In this document: one piece after another, positions 1 to 10,766 of the stretch
Position numbering within the stretch: the first letter of the stretch is position 1
How the letters are laid out: every line of letters starts with the position of its first letter
Source of the DNA: a virus
Lineage: Duplodnaviria > Heunggongvirae > Uroviricota > Caudoviricetes
Direction: 5' to 3' (one strand)
IMG/VR virus record: IMGVR_UViG_2537561978_000007
DNA: 37,256 nt
Position numbers and translations under genes: made by a program
Notes under the pieces: model-generated
What the model saw: only the letters and a program-made list of their open reading frames with translations
Database searches by the model: none
Told to the model about the DNA's origin: nothing

Positions 1-258
1 ATGCAAACCGTTATTTTTGGTCGTCCGGGTTGCCCTTACTGTGTGCGTGCAAAAGATCTGGCTGAGAAATTGAGCAATGAACGCGATGATTTCCAGTATC
101 AGTATGTAGATATTCGTGCGGAAGGGATCACTAAAGAAGATCTACAACAAAAGGCAGGTAAACCCGTAGAAACCGTGCCGCAGATTTTTGTCGATCAGCA
201 ACATATCGGCGGCTATACCGATTTTGCTGCATGGGCGAAAGAGAATCTGGACGCCTGA
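1..258 (+). CDS. grxA: Glutaredoxin 1
   Basis: 85 aa with CPYC active site (GRPGCPYCVRAKDLAEKL); near-identical to my recollection of E. coli GrxA; followed by a hairpin terminator. Confidence 0.9.
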   Translation: MQTVIFGRPGCPYCVRAKDLAEKLSNERDDFQYQYVDIRAEGITKEDLQQKAGKPVETVPQIFVDQQHIGGYTDFAAWAKENLDA

Positions 259-267
259 TCGTCTGAC

Positions 268-300
268 AAGCCCTCGCGTTGAGGGCTTTATTGATTTTTT
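268..300. terminator. Rho-independent terminator between convergent grxA and ybjM
   Basis: Stem AAGCCCTC (268-275), loop gcgtt, stem GAGGGCTT (281-288), then TTATTGATTTTTT. Confidence 0.5.
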
Positions 301-665
301 CTGTGCTGTGGTTTAAACAAACTACTGATAAATAAGAAACACAATGCCCCCAGCGCACACCAGAACACCGCACTTAATAACCATGCCAGCTCTTGCCAGA
401 ATGAGCGCGTCGGTGAAAAAAACAGCCGCATAATGAGCATCGAACAGGGTGCCGCCAGCATTGCGCCAAACAGAGGTTTCAGGACTTCTCTACGATGTGA
501 AAAGAAGCTGGCAACTGCACCAGGAAGAATGAAAAATAGCAAACCGATTTCAGGATGCCCGGCAGCCCGAAAAGCGCCTTTCATGTGCGTCGCCAGAAAA
601 AGACACACCACAATGAAGAGGACAAAACAGCAGATTGCCCCCGCCCAACGTTGTTTATGTTTCAC
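288..665 (-). CDS. ybjM: Inner membrane protein YbjM
   Basis: 125 aa, strongly hydrophobic with multiple predicted TM helices; length and position between grxA and ybjL match the E. coli gene order. Confidence 0.75.
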   Translation of the reverse strand: MKHKQRWAGAICCFVLFIVVCLFLATHMKGAFRAAGHPEIGLLFFILPGAVASFFSHRREVLKPLFGAMLAAPCSMLIMRLFFSPTRSFWQELAWLLSAVFWCALGALCFLFISSLFKPQHRKNQ

Positions 666-934
666 TCGTTCCTCCTGACACTGCGTCTATCGAACACATT
701 TTTCGCCAGTGTGGCGTTCAGTAAGATAAAGCCGCTTCGCATTCCATGCTAATATAGGCCAACGCAATTCATATAGCCGTTGATACCTAATGTGATTACA
801 CTAGTAAAATATATTGTTACTTTACTATCTTTTAGGTGCGCTGAATGAATCTGCGCCCTGAATTCTGGTAAAAAACATTATCGTAAATTACCATTTCTTT
901 CAACAGCTTACTAGTAAACAAGAAGTTAGCCTCC

Positions 935-2620
935 GTGAATATAAACGTCGCCGAATTGTTAAATGGGAATTACATTCTGTTATTATTTGTGGTCCTCGCG
1001 CTTGGGCTATGTCTCGGGAAATTACGACTTGGTTCGATCCAACTGGGTAATTCCATTGGCGTTTTAGTCGTATCGCTGTTATTAGGCCAACAACATTTCA
1101 GCATTAACACCGACGCGCTTAATCTTGGCTTTATGCTGTTTATTTTCTGCGTCGGGGTCGAAGCCGGACCGAACTTTTTTTCCATTTTTTTTCGCGATGG
1201 GAAAAATTACCTAATGTTAGCACTGGTGATGGTTGGCAGTGCGCTGGTGATCGCCTTAGGGTTAGGTAAGCTGTTTGGCTGGGATATTGGCCTGACGGCC
1301 GGTATGTTAGCTGGCTCTATGACGTCGACACCGGTTCTGGTCGGTGCTGGCGATACACTGCGTCATTCCGGCATGGAAAGCAGGCAGCTCTCACTGGCAC
1401 TGGATAATCTGAGCCTCGGGTATGCCTTAACCTATTTAATCGGTCTGGTGAGTTTGATTGTTGGTGCGCGTTACTTGCCGAAATTGCAGCATCAGGACTT
1501 ACAGACCAGCGCCCAGCAAATCGCCCGCGAACGTGGCCTGGACACTGATGCCAACCGTAAGGTTTATTTACCGGTGATCCGCGCCTACCGCGTCGGCCCG
1601 GAGCTGGTGGCCTGGACCGACGGCAAAAATCTGCGTGAACTGGGTATTTATCGACAAACTGGCTGCTACATTGAACGTATTCGACGTAACGGGATTCTGG
1701 CGAATCCAGACGGTGATGCTGTGCTACAAATGGGCGATGAAATAGCGTTGGTAGGCTATCCCGACGCCCACGCACGACTCGATCCCAGCTTCCGTAACGG
1801 CAAAGAAGTTTTCGATCGTGACCTTCTCGACATGCGTATCGTCACTGAAGAAGTGGTCGTTAAAAACCATAACGCCGTGGGCAAACGTCTCGCACAACTG
1901 AAGTTGACCGATCACGGTTGCTTCCTTAACCGCGTCATTCGTAGCCAGATTGAGATGCCGATAGATGACAACGTCGTGCTTAACAAAGGTGACGTTTTAC
2001 AAGTCAGCGGCGATGCCCGTCGCGTAAAAACCATCGCCGATCGCATCGGCTTTATCTCGATTCACAGCCAGGTCACTGACTTGCTGGCATTCTGCGCCTT
2101 CTTTGTTATTGGGCTGATGATCGGGATGATCACCTTCCAGTTCAGCACATTCAGTTTCGGCATGGGGAACGCTGCCGGGTTGTTATTCGCCGGAATTATG
2201 CTGGGATTTATGCGCGCTAACCACCCGACCTTCGGTTACATTCCGCAGGGTGCATTAAGCATGGTGAAAGAGTTCGGCTTAATGGTGTTTATGGCAGGCG
2301 TTGGTCTGAGCGCCGGTAGCGGTATTAATAACGGCCTAGGCGCGATTGGCGGTCAGATGTTGATTGCCGGATTGATTGTCAGTCTTGTGCCAGTGGTTAT
2401 CTGTTTCTTGTTCGGTGCTTATGTATTGCGAATGAACCGCGCACTGTTGTTCGGCGCAATGATGGGCGCACGCACCTGCGCGCCGGCAATGGAGATCATC
2501 AGTGATACAGCTCGCAGTAACATCCCGGCGCTGGGCTATGCGGGCACCTATGCAATCGCCAACGTCCTGCTGACGCTGGCAGGGACAATCATCGTCATGG
2601 TATGGCCAGGATTAGGATAA
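935..2620 (+). CDS. ybjL: Putative transporter YbjL (AAE-family permease with central soluble domains)
   Basis: 561 aa; hydrophobic N- and C-terminal halves flanking a soluble middle; N-terminus [20 protein letters not shown] as I recall for YbjL. Confidence 0.85.
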
Positions 2621-2733
2621 AACTGAAGTTGCCCTGAAAATGAAATTTTTTTGCACAACCGCAGAACTTTTCCGCAGGGCATCAGTCTTAATTAGTGCCA
2701 CTGCTTTTCTTTGATGTCCCCATTTTGTGGAGC

Positions 2734-2779
2734 CCATCAACCCCGCCATTTCGGTTCAAGGTTGATGGGTTTTTTGTTG
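2734..2779. terminator. Hairpin plus T-tract in the host/prophage junction
   Basis: CCCATCAACC (2734-2743) ... GGTTGATGGG (2761-2770) followed by TTTTTTGTT; lies between ybjL stop and the prophage ogr gene. Confidence 0.4.
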
Positions 2780-2855
2780 CCTGAAATTTAAGATGTTTAA
2801 AATCATGATGTTAGAAGCACTGTTTTTTAACGATGGCGACAAAATGGCGGCAGCG

Positions 2856-3074
2856 TCAAAGAGAGAGCGCCACCTGTCCTGATTTCATTGGATGCGGCTG
2901 AACTGGATTAGACTCTTTTGGTGTTGCAATCGAACGAACAAAAGTTTCATGGGTAACAAAAGTATGGCTGCAGTTAATGTTCTGGCACTGGTTATAACGC
3001 TCTTTGGTCAATGAAGATACCTGAAAACTGCTGCGAGTATGGGCGGCACTTCCACACAGTGGGCAAATCATCAT
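2856..3074 (-). CDS. ogr: Late-gene transcriptional activator, Ogr/B zinc-finger family
   Basis: C4 zinc finger CPLCGSAAH...CQNINCSHTF and 72 aa from the internal Met, matching P2 Ogr / 186 B; the ORF-track N-terminal extension to 3107 is probably not translated. Confidence 0.85.
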   Translation of the reverse strand: MMICPLCGSAAHTRSSFQVSSLTKERYNQCQNINCSHTFVTHETFVRSIATPKESNPVQPHPMKSGQVALSL

Positions 3075-3164
3075 TTTTCGAGTTCTCCCCATTTTTGCTA
3101 AATTCACAACAATGATACCGTATTATTCCATTTTGCAAACTTAAAAGTTCTCCATTGCGAAGAA

Positions 3165-4265
3165 TCATTCCATTTCGAAATCATCAATCCTCACTTCAAG
3201 CTCCAGACTGGTCGTAAAACCGTTATCCGGGCTGACGGTATGTGTCAGAGTCGTAATGGTCCATTCCGCATCATCTATCGGCTGTTTAAAACCACTGACC
3301 TTCACAGGCATTTCCGTGTAGAGATCTGCCCGCCCTTCCGCCAGTTGTAGCGAGAATGACGCAACGCCACGTTGCAGGCGTTCCCACTGCATTTTCGCTG
3401 CCCGTTCGGCGTTACTCCGATTGGCATAGGTGCGATTGAGTACCAGCACGTTTTCATCCGTACCCACCAGGTAATCACCCTGCTTCACTTCCGGCTCTTT
3501 CTTCTGCTTCTTAGTTCTGCGCTTACGCTTCACCGTGGTGCTTTCTTTCTTCGCAGGTTCGCGGGTATGCAACCAGCTGGCAATGACGCCCGTGTAGGCT
3601 CCGCGATCTGCCAGGGTAAAGCGGTGACTGTCGCCGTCCTTGCGTGTGATAGTGATCACTGGCAGTGGTTTACCAGTGGCGCTTTTGCCCTGCCCCTGCC
3701 GGATGAATAACAGATTGCCATTTTTCACCGACGCGATGGCACCGTACTGTCGCGCCAGCCGCATCAGAAAACTGCCGTCACTCTCATTAGTCTGGTCTAT
3801 ATGCTCCACGGGCTTATCCGACAGGTCTTTACCCAGTGCCATCTTCAGCTTGTGACGCGCGGCTATTTCCTTAACCACTTCCCCGATGGTGGTGTTATGC
3901 CACGATTTTTCACGGCGGGTATTCAGGGTTTCCCGAAAATCAGCACTTCGCGCCCGGATAGTCAGGCGGTCCGGTGCGCCAGTGTGTTCAATCTCGTCCA
4001 CCGTGAATGCCCCTTTCGGGAAAAGCGGCTGCCCCTTCCAGCCCAGCGCCAGCGTAATGACCGCACCACGGCGCGGCAGCACGATTTTTCCGTCAGCGTC
4101 GTCCAGCTCCAGATCAAGCTGGTCCGCTTCAAAGCCCCGGTTATCCGTCAGCGTAAGCCCCATCAGGCGGTTGTCCAGCACAGTGGTGATATCCTTGCCT
4201 GCAATACTGATGCTGAATGCCGGAGTTTTGTTGCTTTTGTTAAGCAGTTCAGAGCTGAAATTCAC
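3165..4265 (-). CDS. D: Tail protein D (late control gene D)
   Basis: 366 aa; P2 gpD-like sequence and position between U and ogr. Confidence 0.9.
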   Translation of the reverse strand: MNFSSELLNKSNKTPAFSISIAGKDITTVLDNRLMGLTLTDNRGFEADQLDLELDDADGKIVLPRRGAVITLALGWKGQPLFPKGAFTVDEIEHTGAPDRLTIRARSADFRETLNTRREKSWHNTTIGEVVKEIAARHKLKMALGKDLSDKPVEHIDQTNESDGSFLMRLARQYGAIASVKNGNLLFIRQGQGKSATGKPLPVITITRKDGDSHRFTLADRGAYTGVIASWLHTREPAKKESTTVKRKRRTKKQKKEPEVKQGDYLVGTDENVLVLNRTYANRSNAERAAKMQWERLQRGVASFSLQLAEGRADLYTEMPVKVSGFKQPIDDAEWTITTLTHTVSPDNGFTTSLELEVRIDDFEME

Positions 4266-4747
4266 GACAGCAGCCCTCCAACCGTTTTACTGATATCGCT
4301 TAAAGCAGACGTTGCCGTGTCCTGCAGATTATTCAGTTGAGTACTGAGATCACCGAACATATCGGACAGGGATTCATCCACCCGTTTTAGCGACAGGGTG
4401 AACTCAATCCGGCGCGGCATACCGTCGCGGAAAAACTCCGTTTTAGTCTGATTCAGTCCCTCAATCACATACATGCCGTAAATCGTGCCGCTTCCTTCAA
4501 TCAGGGGCCATGCTTTCCCCTGTTCTGCCATCTGCTCCAGTGCCAGTAACGACAGCCTGCCGCCTGTTATCTCCGGCATAAGAACACCGGAAAGCGTCAG
4601 CATGTCGTTTTCCGGTCCCAGAAACTGCGTGGACGGACGACGGTTTACCCTGCTGTTTGCCGCATGTCGCCAGCTGCGTTGATACTGCAGCTCCTGATAC
4701 GGCACGGTGCGCAGCATAAACACGTACAATCCCAGCACCATCATCAT
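4262..4747 (-). CDS. U: Tail protein U
   Basis: 161 aa; 4-bp overlap with D start; P2 gpU-like. Confidence 0.85.
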   Translation of the reverse strand: MMMVLGLYVFMLRTVPYQELQYQRSWRHAANSRVNRRPSTQFLGPENDMLTLSGVLMPEITGGRLSLLALEQMAEQGKAWPLIEGSGTIYGMYVIEGLNQTKTEFFRDGMPRRIEFTLSLKRVDESLSDMFGDLSTQLNNLQDTATSALSDISKTVGGLLS

Positions 4748-7700
4748 GCGTCGTATCCCCCCTGATCGCTGTAGTTACTCCTGGCTTTTGCCTTCAGCCT
4801 GCGTTCACGTTCATCAAGCTGACGGGCCACCTCCCGCGCAATATCCTGCGCACTTTGTCCTGGCTGCGTCTGAATGATGATCTGCGTCGGTGCCTCAATC
4901 CGTTGAACGGGCGGCACAGTGGCTGCACGACTCACCATCGCTTCGCCGCCTTTCGCGGGAAGTGCCAAAGGATGTAACGGTGGAAGCTCTGCAGGCGCGG
5001 CAGCAACGCCCATCATTCCGGCAACAACAGCAGCCAGTGCAGCGGTATTTTTCCGGCTGGTCACATTTGCCGGGCCGTTAACAATTTCCGGCCCGTTTTC
5101 ACCGACGATGCCAAACTGCCCGCGCGGGATATAGCCGCCGCTGTCATACATCCCCGCAAAGCCATATCCCCATGACGGAAAACCACCCGATGGCATCATC
5201 ACTTTGCCGTCTGCATTCACCGTCGCAGGTTGCTGACGCGTCACGCGTTCCGGCAGTTTTGCCTTTGCGGCCTCTTTACTGACAATGCCGAGTTTTTCCA
5301 GCAACCAGGATACGCCGGATTTCAGGGAGTCCAGCGGATGCATGACCATATTCAGTCCTTCCGCCAGTGCCTCCCCGAATCGTTGCCCCATTGCCGCTGC
5401 GCTCTGCAGTTCAGCAGAGGTCGACTTAACGGGCGTCAGCAGATCAGTAAACCAGCCCCACAACGCCTGCACTTTGTCGCCAATCCACTGGAACACAGGC
5501 TTAAGTGGTTCGAATGCGGCACTGACGGGACCAGCCGCTGCTTTGAATCCTTCCACCACGCCACCGAGAAATGCGGTGATGGGTTGCCAGTATTTCCAGA
5601 CAACCAGTGCCACACCCGCCAGTGCTGTAACCACAAGACCTATTGGACTAAGCAGAGCACCTAACAGACCAGATACGGCATACAGGGCAACGCGCAACAT
5701 CGCCAGTGGACCAGATGCCAGTACTCGCAGCACCGCGCCTGCGGCGGTCAGTCCACCGCGTAGTGCTGCCAGTGGATTCATAAACATCACAGCAACCGCA
5801 CGTAAACCGGATAATCCAGACCGCAACAGTGCAACCGGCGCACCTGCTACAGTTTTCAGGACATTTCCCGTCAGTGATGCCGTGCGGCGCAAAGACGACA
5901 ACGGCGCAGTAAGTAAACCCGCGGCGTTGCCCGATGAAGCAAGCCCGCGTCGCAGCTGTGCCAGTGGTGCGCCAGCCAGCCAGGACAACGCGCTGCTGGT
6001 TCGAGTTACTGCTGCCGTAACGGAAGGTAACGTTTTGATACCCAGCACAGAGAATCCCAGACGGATCACTGCCAGCGGCCCCAGCACTGCAGCCAGCGCT
6101 ACCGCTAAGGTGCCGAGGCCTACGGTAACCGCAGCCACCACAGCGGCTACTTTCATCAGTGTGCCTGTCAGTCCCGGGTTAGCTTCCACCCAGCGGCGCA
6201 ACGCCCCCGTGATGCTTTTCACCGTGTACAGAATATCCATCAGCGGCTGGCGCAGCGTCTCGCCCAGGCTGCTGAAGGTGTTCTGCGCTCCGGTTTTGAT
6301 CAGCAACCACTGCGCAGAAAGTGAGTCCTTGTTAATGTCGGATTCTTTCTGCATGGAAGCGAGCGCATCATTGCCCGCTGTCAGTTTTAGCTGGCGCTGC
6401 AGTTCCGGAAGGTTGTTTGCCAGTTTCGCCGCGTCATCACCAAACTCTTTACCAAACAACATGGTCATGGCAGACAGACGCTTGTCCTGCGGCAGTGCGT
6501 TCACCTTCTCCAGCACACGCTGGATAGTTCCCATCGCATCCTTCGTCATCTGCTTTTCAATCACTTCAGGATTGAGTTTCAGCAGATTCATCCCTTCAAA
6601 GAAACTCTTGCTTTGCATGGTGGCAATGGACAATTCACGCACCATCGCGTTTGCTGCACTGGCTGCAACCTCCGGCGCAGCGCCCAGTGTCAGAAAGGTG
6701 GAACCCAGTGCCGCCGCTTTACGATAATCCAGACGGTCAGCCACACCGCCCAGACGTTGCATCACATCAATGATGTCCGCCCCTTTCGACATGGCGTTAT
6801 CATCCAGATAGTTCAGTGCATCGCCGAGCTGTTCAATATTGCGGGTAGGTATTTTGTAGAGCTGGGCGATTTTCCCCAGACTTTCTGACAGTTCATCCGC
6901 TGGCAGCTCAAAGGCTGTTGCCGCCTTTGCTGCCGTACTGGCGAAGGCCAGCAGGTCACGTTTCTGGTCTTCCCAGCTGTCGTCAGGGTTTGCGACGTTC
7001 ATGCGCGCACCACCTTCAACCAGTGCAGCGAAGTCCACCGCACCGTTTTCCATCGGCAACTGTTCGCTGGCAGCCTTGATGGCATCCTGCATTTCATAAA
7101 AACGTACAGTGCGGTTGCCATTATCGTCACGCAGACCATTGACCTGCTTTGCCACACCTTTCATGGCATCTTCCATGCTGGTATAGCTTTTTACTGCCGC
7201 CATCACTGGCGCACCCATTGCCAGCCCTGCAGCCGTGGTAGTGGCTCCGGCTCCTGCGATGCGATCGCGCACTTCAAGCCGTCTTGAGTATTGTTCTCTG
7301 GCAGCGTTCATCCGTGCCTGTTGTTCACCCAGACGTTTAAGTGCTTTTTGCTGACCCTCCAGTGCCTGCCTTGTTTCTTCAGCATTTTTCTTAAGTTCTC
7401 GCTGGGCACTACTGAGTTGTCTGGTATCAATCCCTGATTCTTTAAGTGCCTGACGTTGTCTTTGGACCGCCCCCAACAAGCCGTTATAGGTCTGCTGAAG
7501 TTCCTGTACTCGTGTTTTGGCCTGACTGAATAACTTTGCCTGCGCGGCGGTTGGCCTGTTAGTGGCAGCAAATTGTGTGGCGAGTTTTGCCGCCTCTTCG
7601 CGGGCTGCGTTCAGGTTGTTGGCTGTTATGGCTAGTTGCGAGCGCGTCTTGCGAAATTCATCAATTCTGCCAGCCTGCTTATTCAGTTCTTTGAGGCTGT

Positions 7701-7821
7701 TTCGGGTATTCTGAATTGCGCCAGCCAGCTCTTTCGAACTGGCCTGTGCAGCACGGAATGGGCGGGTGAGTTTGTCAACCGCATTAAGAATGACCTGCAG
7801 GCGCAGGTTATTATCACTCAT
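4744..7821 (-). CDS. T: Tail tape measure protein
   Basis: 1025 aa; coiled-coil N-terminal half, Ala/Gly-rich repeats (AAVLGPLAVIRLG...); position between E/E' and U. Confidence 0.9.
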   Translation of the reverse strand: MSDNNLRLQVILNAVDKLTRPFRAAQASSKELAGAIQNTRNSLKELNKQAGRIDEFRKTRSQLAITANNLNAAREEAAKLATQFAATNRPTAAQAKLFSQAKTRVQELQQTYNGLLGAVQRQRQALKESGIDTRQLSSAQRELKKNAEETRQALEGQQKALKRLGEQQARMNAAREQYSRRLEVRDRIAGAGATTTAAGLAMGAPVMAAVKSYTSMEDAMKGVAKQVNGLRDDNGNRTVRFYEMQDAIKAASEQLPMENGAVDFAALVEGGARMNVANPDDSWEDQKRDLLAFASTAAKAATAFELPADELSESLGKIAQLYKIPTRNIEQLGDALNYLDDNAMSKGADIIDVMQRLGGVADRLDYRKAAALGSTFLTLGAAPEVAASAANAMVRELSIATMQSKSFFEGMNLLKLNPEVIEKQMTKDAMGTIQRVLEKVNALPQDKRLSAMTMLFGKEFGDDAAKLANNLPELQRQLKLTAGNDALASMQKESDINKDSLSAQWLLIKTGAQNTFSSLGETLRQPLMDILYTVKSITGALRRWVEANPGLTGTLMKVAAVVAAVTVGLGTLAVALAAVLGPLAVIRLGFSVLGIKTLPSVTAAVTRTSSALSWLAGAPLAQLRRGLASSGNAAGLLTAPLSSLRRTASLTGNVLKTVAGAPVALLRSGLSGLRAVAVMFMNPLAALRGGLTAAGAVLRVLASGPLAMLRVALYAVSGLLGALLSPIGLVVTALAGVALVVWKYWQPITAFLGGVVEGFKAAAGPVSAAFEPLKPVFQWIGDKVQALWGWFTDLLTPVKSTSAELQSAAAMGQRFGEALAEGLNMVMHPLDSLKSGVSWLLEKLGIVSKEAAKAKLPERVTRQQPATVNADGKVMMPSGGFPSWGYGFAGMYDSGGYIPRGQFGIVGENGPEIVNGPANVTSRKNTAALAAVVAGMMGVAAAPAELPPLHPLALPAKGGEAMVSRAATVPPVQRIEAPTQIIIQTQPGQSAQDIAREVARQLDERERRLKAKARSNYSDQGGYDA

Positions 7822-8250
7822 CGTTGGCCCCGCTTCTCTGAATCGCTTTATACCGCCATTCCAGCACTTCGGTCAGCGCCATAACGTCAGTAACGGATGG
7901 CGGCCAGTGAAAGATGGTGGCGATATCAGCCACCAGATCGTCAACCGTCAGGCTGTCGGTAAACCGGCAAGCACCGACTTCTTCAACAAAAAAGTGACAA
8001 CCTCAACCGACATGGCAGTGAGATCTGCCGGGTCCATCTCTGCAATTTCCTGTGCAGTCAGTGCCGGACTGGAGATGCGGGGGATCACGGTCATCATCGC
8101 GTTCACATCCATATCCATAATGGCCTGCAGGCGTGTACCGCGCAGCGCACCGGACTGCGGTTTACGCAGCACAATTTCGGTAATTTCTGTTTTACCGCGC
8201 TTGATAGGGGTATCCAGTTGAATGGTCTTTTCAGTCTGCTTATCGCTCAT
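7814..8250 (-). CDS. Tail assembly chaperone E+E' (programmed -1 frameshift product)
   Basis: Slippery TTTTTTG at 7986-7992 (minus strand); the -1 frame continues ...VEEVGACRFTDSLTVDDLVADIATIFHWPPSVTDVMALTEVLEWRYKAIQRSGANDE and stops at 7814, overlapping the T start codon. Confidence 0.65.
7948..8250 (-). CDS. E: Tail assembly chaperone E
   Basis: 100 aa, P2 gpE-like; contains slippery heptamer T_TTT_TTG near its 3' end. Confidence 0.85.
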   Translation of the reverse strand: MSDKQTEKTIQLDTPIKRGKTEITEIVLRKPQSGALRGTRLQAIMDMDVNAMMTVIPRISSPALTAQEIAEMDPADLTAMSVEVVTFLLKKSVLAGLPTA

Positions 8251-8304
8251 TTTGTTGTCCTGTAAATTGGGTTCTGGCGCGGCATTCCGCGCCGTTCAGA
8301 TACA

Positions 8305-8820
8305 TCAGAGGCCGAGAGCGTTGCGGTGCGCTTCCATCAGGTCCACACCGTCCACAATTTCCACCATGTTGATAAGGTCCACTTCATAGAGCACCTCACC
8401 ATTGATGGTCAGCTTCGCGTAGCTGTTGGTACTGGTCACTTTGGTGGTGTTGCTTTCGCCCGTCTTCCACTCACCGGAATCCACTTCTTTGTGACGTCCA
8501 CGCACCACAAGCTCCACGGCCTGCACTTCCCCGGTATCGTCACGCTGGATAGAGCCGGTAAAGCGCAACTGGATGCCATCCACCGTGGCTTTGCCTATCT
8601 GCTTAAACAGCAGCAGTTCAGTACCACCAATGGAAAATTCTGTGTCCAGCGCACTGTCATCAAGCCCCAGATCCACATCCACTGCCCCCGGCATTCCGCC
8701 GCCGCGATACTTCTCATATTTGCGGGTGAATTTCGGCAGCGTCAGCGACTCAACGATCCCCTGCCAGTTGTTCCCGTCGTTAAACAGGTTCAGGTGTTTT
8801 AATTTGCGTGGTAAAGCCAT
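8305..8820 (-). CDS. FII: Major tail tube protein
   Basis: 171 aa; P2 gpFII-like (MALPRKLKHLNLFNDGNNWQG...). Confidence 0.9.
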   Translation of the reverse strand: MALPRKLKHLNLFNDGNNWQGIVESLTLPKFTRKYEKYRGGGMPGAVDVDLGLDDSALDTEFSIGGTELLLFKQIGKATVDGIQLRFTGSIQRDDTGEVQAVELVVRGRHKEVDSGEWKTGESNTTKVTSTNSYAKLTINGEVLYEVDLINMVEIVDGVDLMEAHRNALGL

Positions 8821-8829
8821 GTTGTCCCC

Positions 8830-10002
8830 TTACGCGCTGACCTGGCTGGCGAAATTCACCAGGTACTGATCGGTGATGCGCTGACGCAACATCAGGTTTT
8901 CAAGTGGCGGCACTGGCGTGTAGTCGTAGTCGATGGTGAGTTTTCCGGCTTTCAGAGTGTCTTTGTCGTTCACCGACTCATCCAGCCAGCAATCACCACC
9001 AATGAGATACCCCTGACTGACCAGGCTGCGCATTTTGGCGCGGATGCCCTCGATAATGTCGCGCGCCAGCGACGGGTTCAGCGGTTTGTCCACTGCCCAC
9101 ATGTGCGCTTCTGCCATTGTGTCCGTCAGCACCTGCGCCGTGCGGGTGTAGTTTTCGAAGGCAAAGAGCGGGTCATCACTCAGGCAGCGGGAACCCCAGA
9201 AGCGAAAACCGTCTTTGCGGATAAGGGTGGTGACGTCGTTCTGGTTCAGCAGTCCCGCATCGCTTGCCGGGTCCTGCAGATCCCAGAACACATCAGCAGA
9301 AATTCCGGTGACACCGTTAACGCCTACGTTGGACAGGCTTTTGTGCCATCCGGTCTGCTCGTCAATTTTGGCGCGCAGACCAAGCGCACGGGCGGTGGCA
9401 TAAGCCGTTGCTTCGGCATTCAGCACCGTGTCCCAGCCAGTAAAGTCGGGCCAGATCAGCATTCCTTCACGCTGACTGAAGTTTTCACGGTAAGTGATTG
9501 CTTCCTGCACCGTCTTGCAACCATACGCTGACAGGTAAGCAAATCCACGCAGGCTTTGCGCCACGCTCAGCAACTCAGTAGCTACCGCCTTCGTGTCGTG
9601 ACCTGGCACGCCGAGAATGCGCGGTTTAACGCCGAGCTGTGACTGGGCAGATAACAGGGCTTTCATGCCTGTTTTTTTACCTTCAGCAGTCACTGCGCCG
9701 ATGATATTGGTCGTGGTTTCTTCTTCCGTTTCACCCTGCGGCACACGCACAACAACGGTCACGGGTTTTGCCTGGTCAGCGATGGCATCCAGCGAACGGG
9801 CCAGCGTACCGGACTCGCCCGCTTTACCGCTGGCAGTCAGCACATCAGTGATCAGCACGGGTTTATTAAGAGGAAACATTTTTGCATCGGCATCATCGCC
9901 CGTGCAGACCATACCCACGATGGCGGTGCTCACCGTGGTAATGGATCGGGTGCCTTCGTTGACTTCAACAACGCGCACTCCGTGGTGGTAATCCTGAGCC
10001 AT
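8830..10002 (-). CDS. FI: Contractile tail sheath protein
   Basis: 390 aa; P2 gpFI-like ([19 protein letters not shown]...). Confidence 0.9.
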   Translation of the reverse strand: MAQDYHHGVRVVEVNEGTRSITTVSTAIVGMVCTGDDADAKMFPLNKPVLITDVLTASGKAGESGTLARSLDAIADQAKPVTVVVRVPQGETEEETTTNIIGAVTAEGKKTGMKALLSAQSQLGVKPRILGVPGHDTKAVATELLSVAQSLRGFAYLSAYGCKTVQEAITYRENFSQREGMLIWPDFTGWDTVLNAEATAYATARALGLRAKIDEQTGWHKSLSNVGVNGVTGISADVFWDLQDPASDAGLLNQNDVTTLIRKDGFRFWGSRCLSDDPLFAFENYTRTAQVLTDTMAEAHMWAVDKPLNPSLARDIIEGIRAKMRSLVSQGYLIGGDCWLDESVNDKDTLKAGKLTIDYDYTPVPPLENLMLRQRITDQYLVNFASQVSA

Positions 10003-10144
10003 AGTGGCGAACCTCCTGATTGGATTAGGCTTCGCCCTATGTTGAAGTGATTGTGCCTGACAAACAGCTAAGCGCAGTTGTACCGTTATTCACACAAAAT
10101 GACGGTATTTGTCTGCTTTCAGGGATAATCAAAATAAAGCTGAT

Positions 10145-10717
10145 TCAGGGAGATTCATTGCTCTTATTTGCCGGAAATTTTCTATAAATGGTAGAAACGC
10201 CTACATCAAAAATCAGTGCAATACGCTGTCTTGATTCTCCGGCCTCGAGTAAACGCCCAATCTGTGCCCACTGTTCGGTAGTCAACTTAGGACGGCGTCC
10301 ACCTACTCTGCCTTTAGCACGAGCTGCAGCCAGCCCTGCCCTGGTACGTTCAACTATCAGTTCGCGTTCCATTTCAGCCAGGGCACCCATGACATGAAAA
10401 AAGAAACTGCCCATTGGGGTACTGGTATCAATACTGTCAGTCAGACTTCGGAAATTCACGCCGCGCTGGCGCAACTCTTCTATCAGCGTAACAAGATGCC
10501 GCATACTGCGCCCCAACCTGTCCAGCTTCCAGACAACCAGTGTGTCACCTGCCGATAGTGTCCTGAGCAGTTTTTTAAGCCCCGGTCTGTCGGACTTAGT
10601 GCCACTGATTTTGTCCTCAAAAATCCGCTCACATCCCGCGCAGTTCAGCGCACTACGTTGCAAATCGGTGTTCTGGTCATTTGTTGACACGCGTACATAG
10701 CCAATAAGCATGATCAT
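10145..10717 (-). CDS. Serine-recombinase DNA invertase (Pin/Gin/Hin/Cin family)
   Basis: 190 aa; resolvase catalytic region IGYVRVSTNDQNTDLQ and C-terminal HTH; very similar to my recollection of e14 Pin; sits at the P2 Z/fun position beside an invertible segment; true start may be the Met at 10711. Confidence 0.9.
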   Translation of the reverse strand: MIMLIGYVRVSTNDQNTDLQRSALNCAGCERIFEDKISGTKSDRPGLKKLLRTLSAGDTLVVWKLDRLGRSMRHLVTLIEELRQRGVNFRSLTDSIDTSTPMGSFFFHVMGALAEMERELIVERTRAGLAAARAKGRVGGRRPKLTTEQWAQIGRLLEAGESRQRIALIFDVGVSTIYRKFPANKSNESP

Positions 10718-10766
10718 CTCCTTGAATAAAAACCGGGGATGATGCCAGTTAGTCGTAATCGCTGCA

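Noticed and set aside
1317-1775. 152-aa minus-strand ORF within ybjL
   Set aside because: Antisense to a conserved host transporter gene; Arg/Pro-rich low-complexity product.
3801-4340. 179-aa and 135-aa plus-strand ORFs opposite gene D
   Set aside because: Antisense to gpD; overlapping each other in different frames.
5285-6727. 480-aa ORF on the plus strand inside the tape-measure gene
   Set aside because: Antisense to a well-supported gene (T); product is low-complexity Ala/Ser/Pro/Thr-rich, typical of spurious ORFs on the opposite strand of GC-rich coding DNA.
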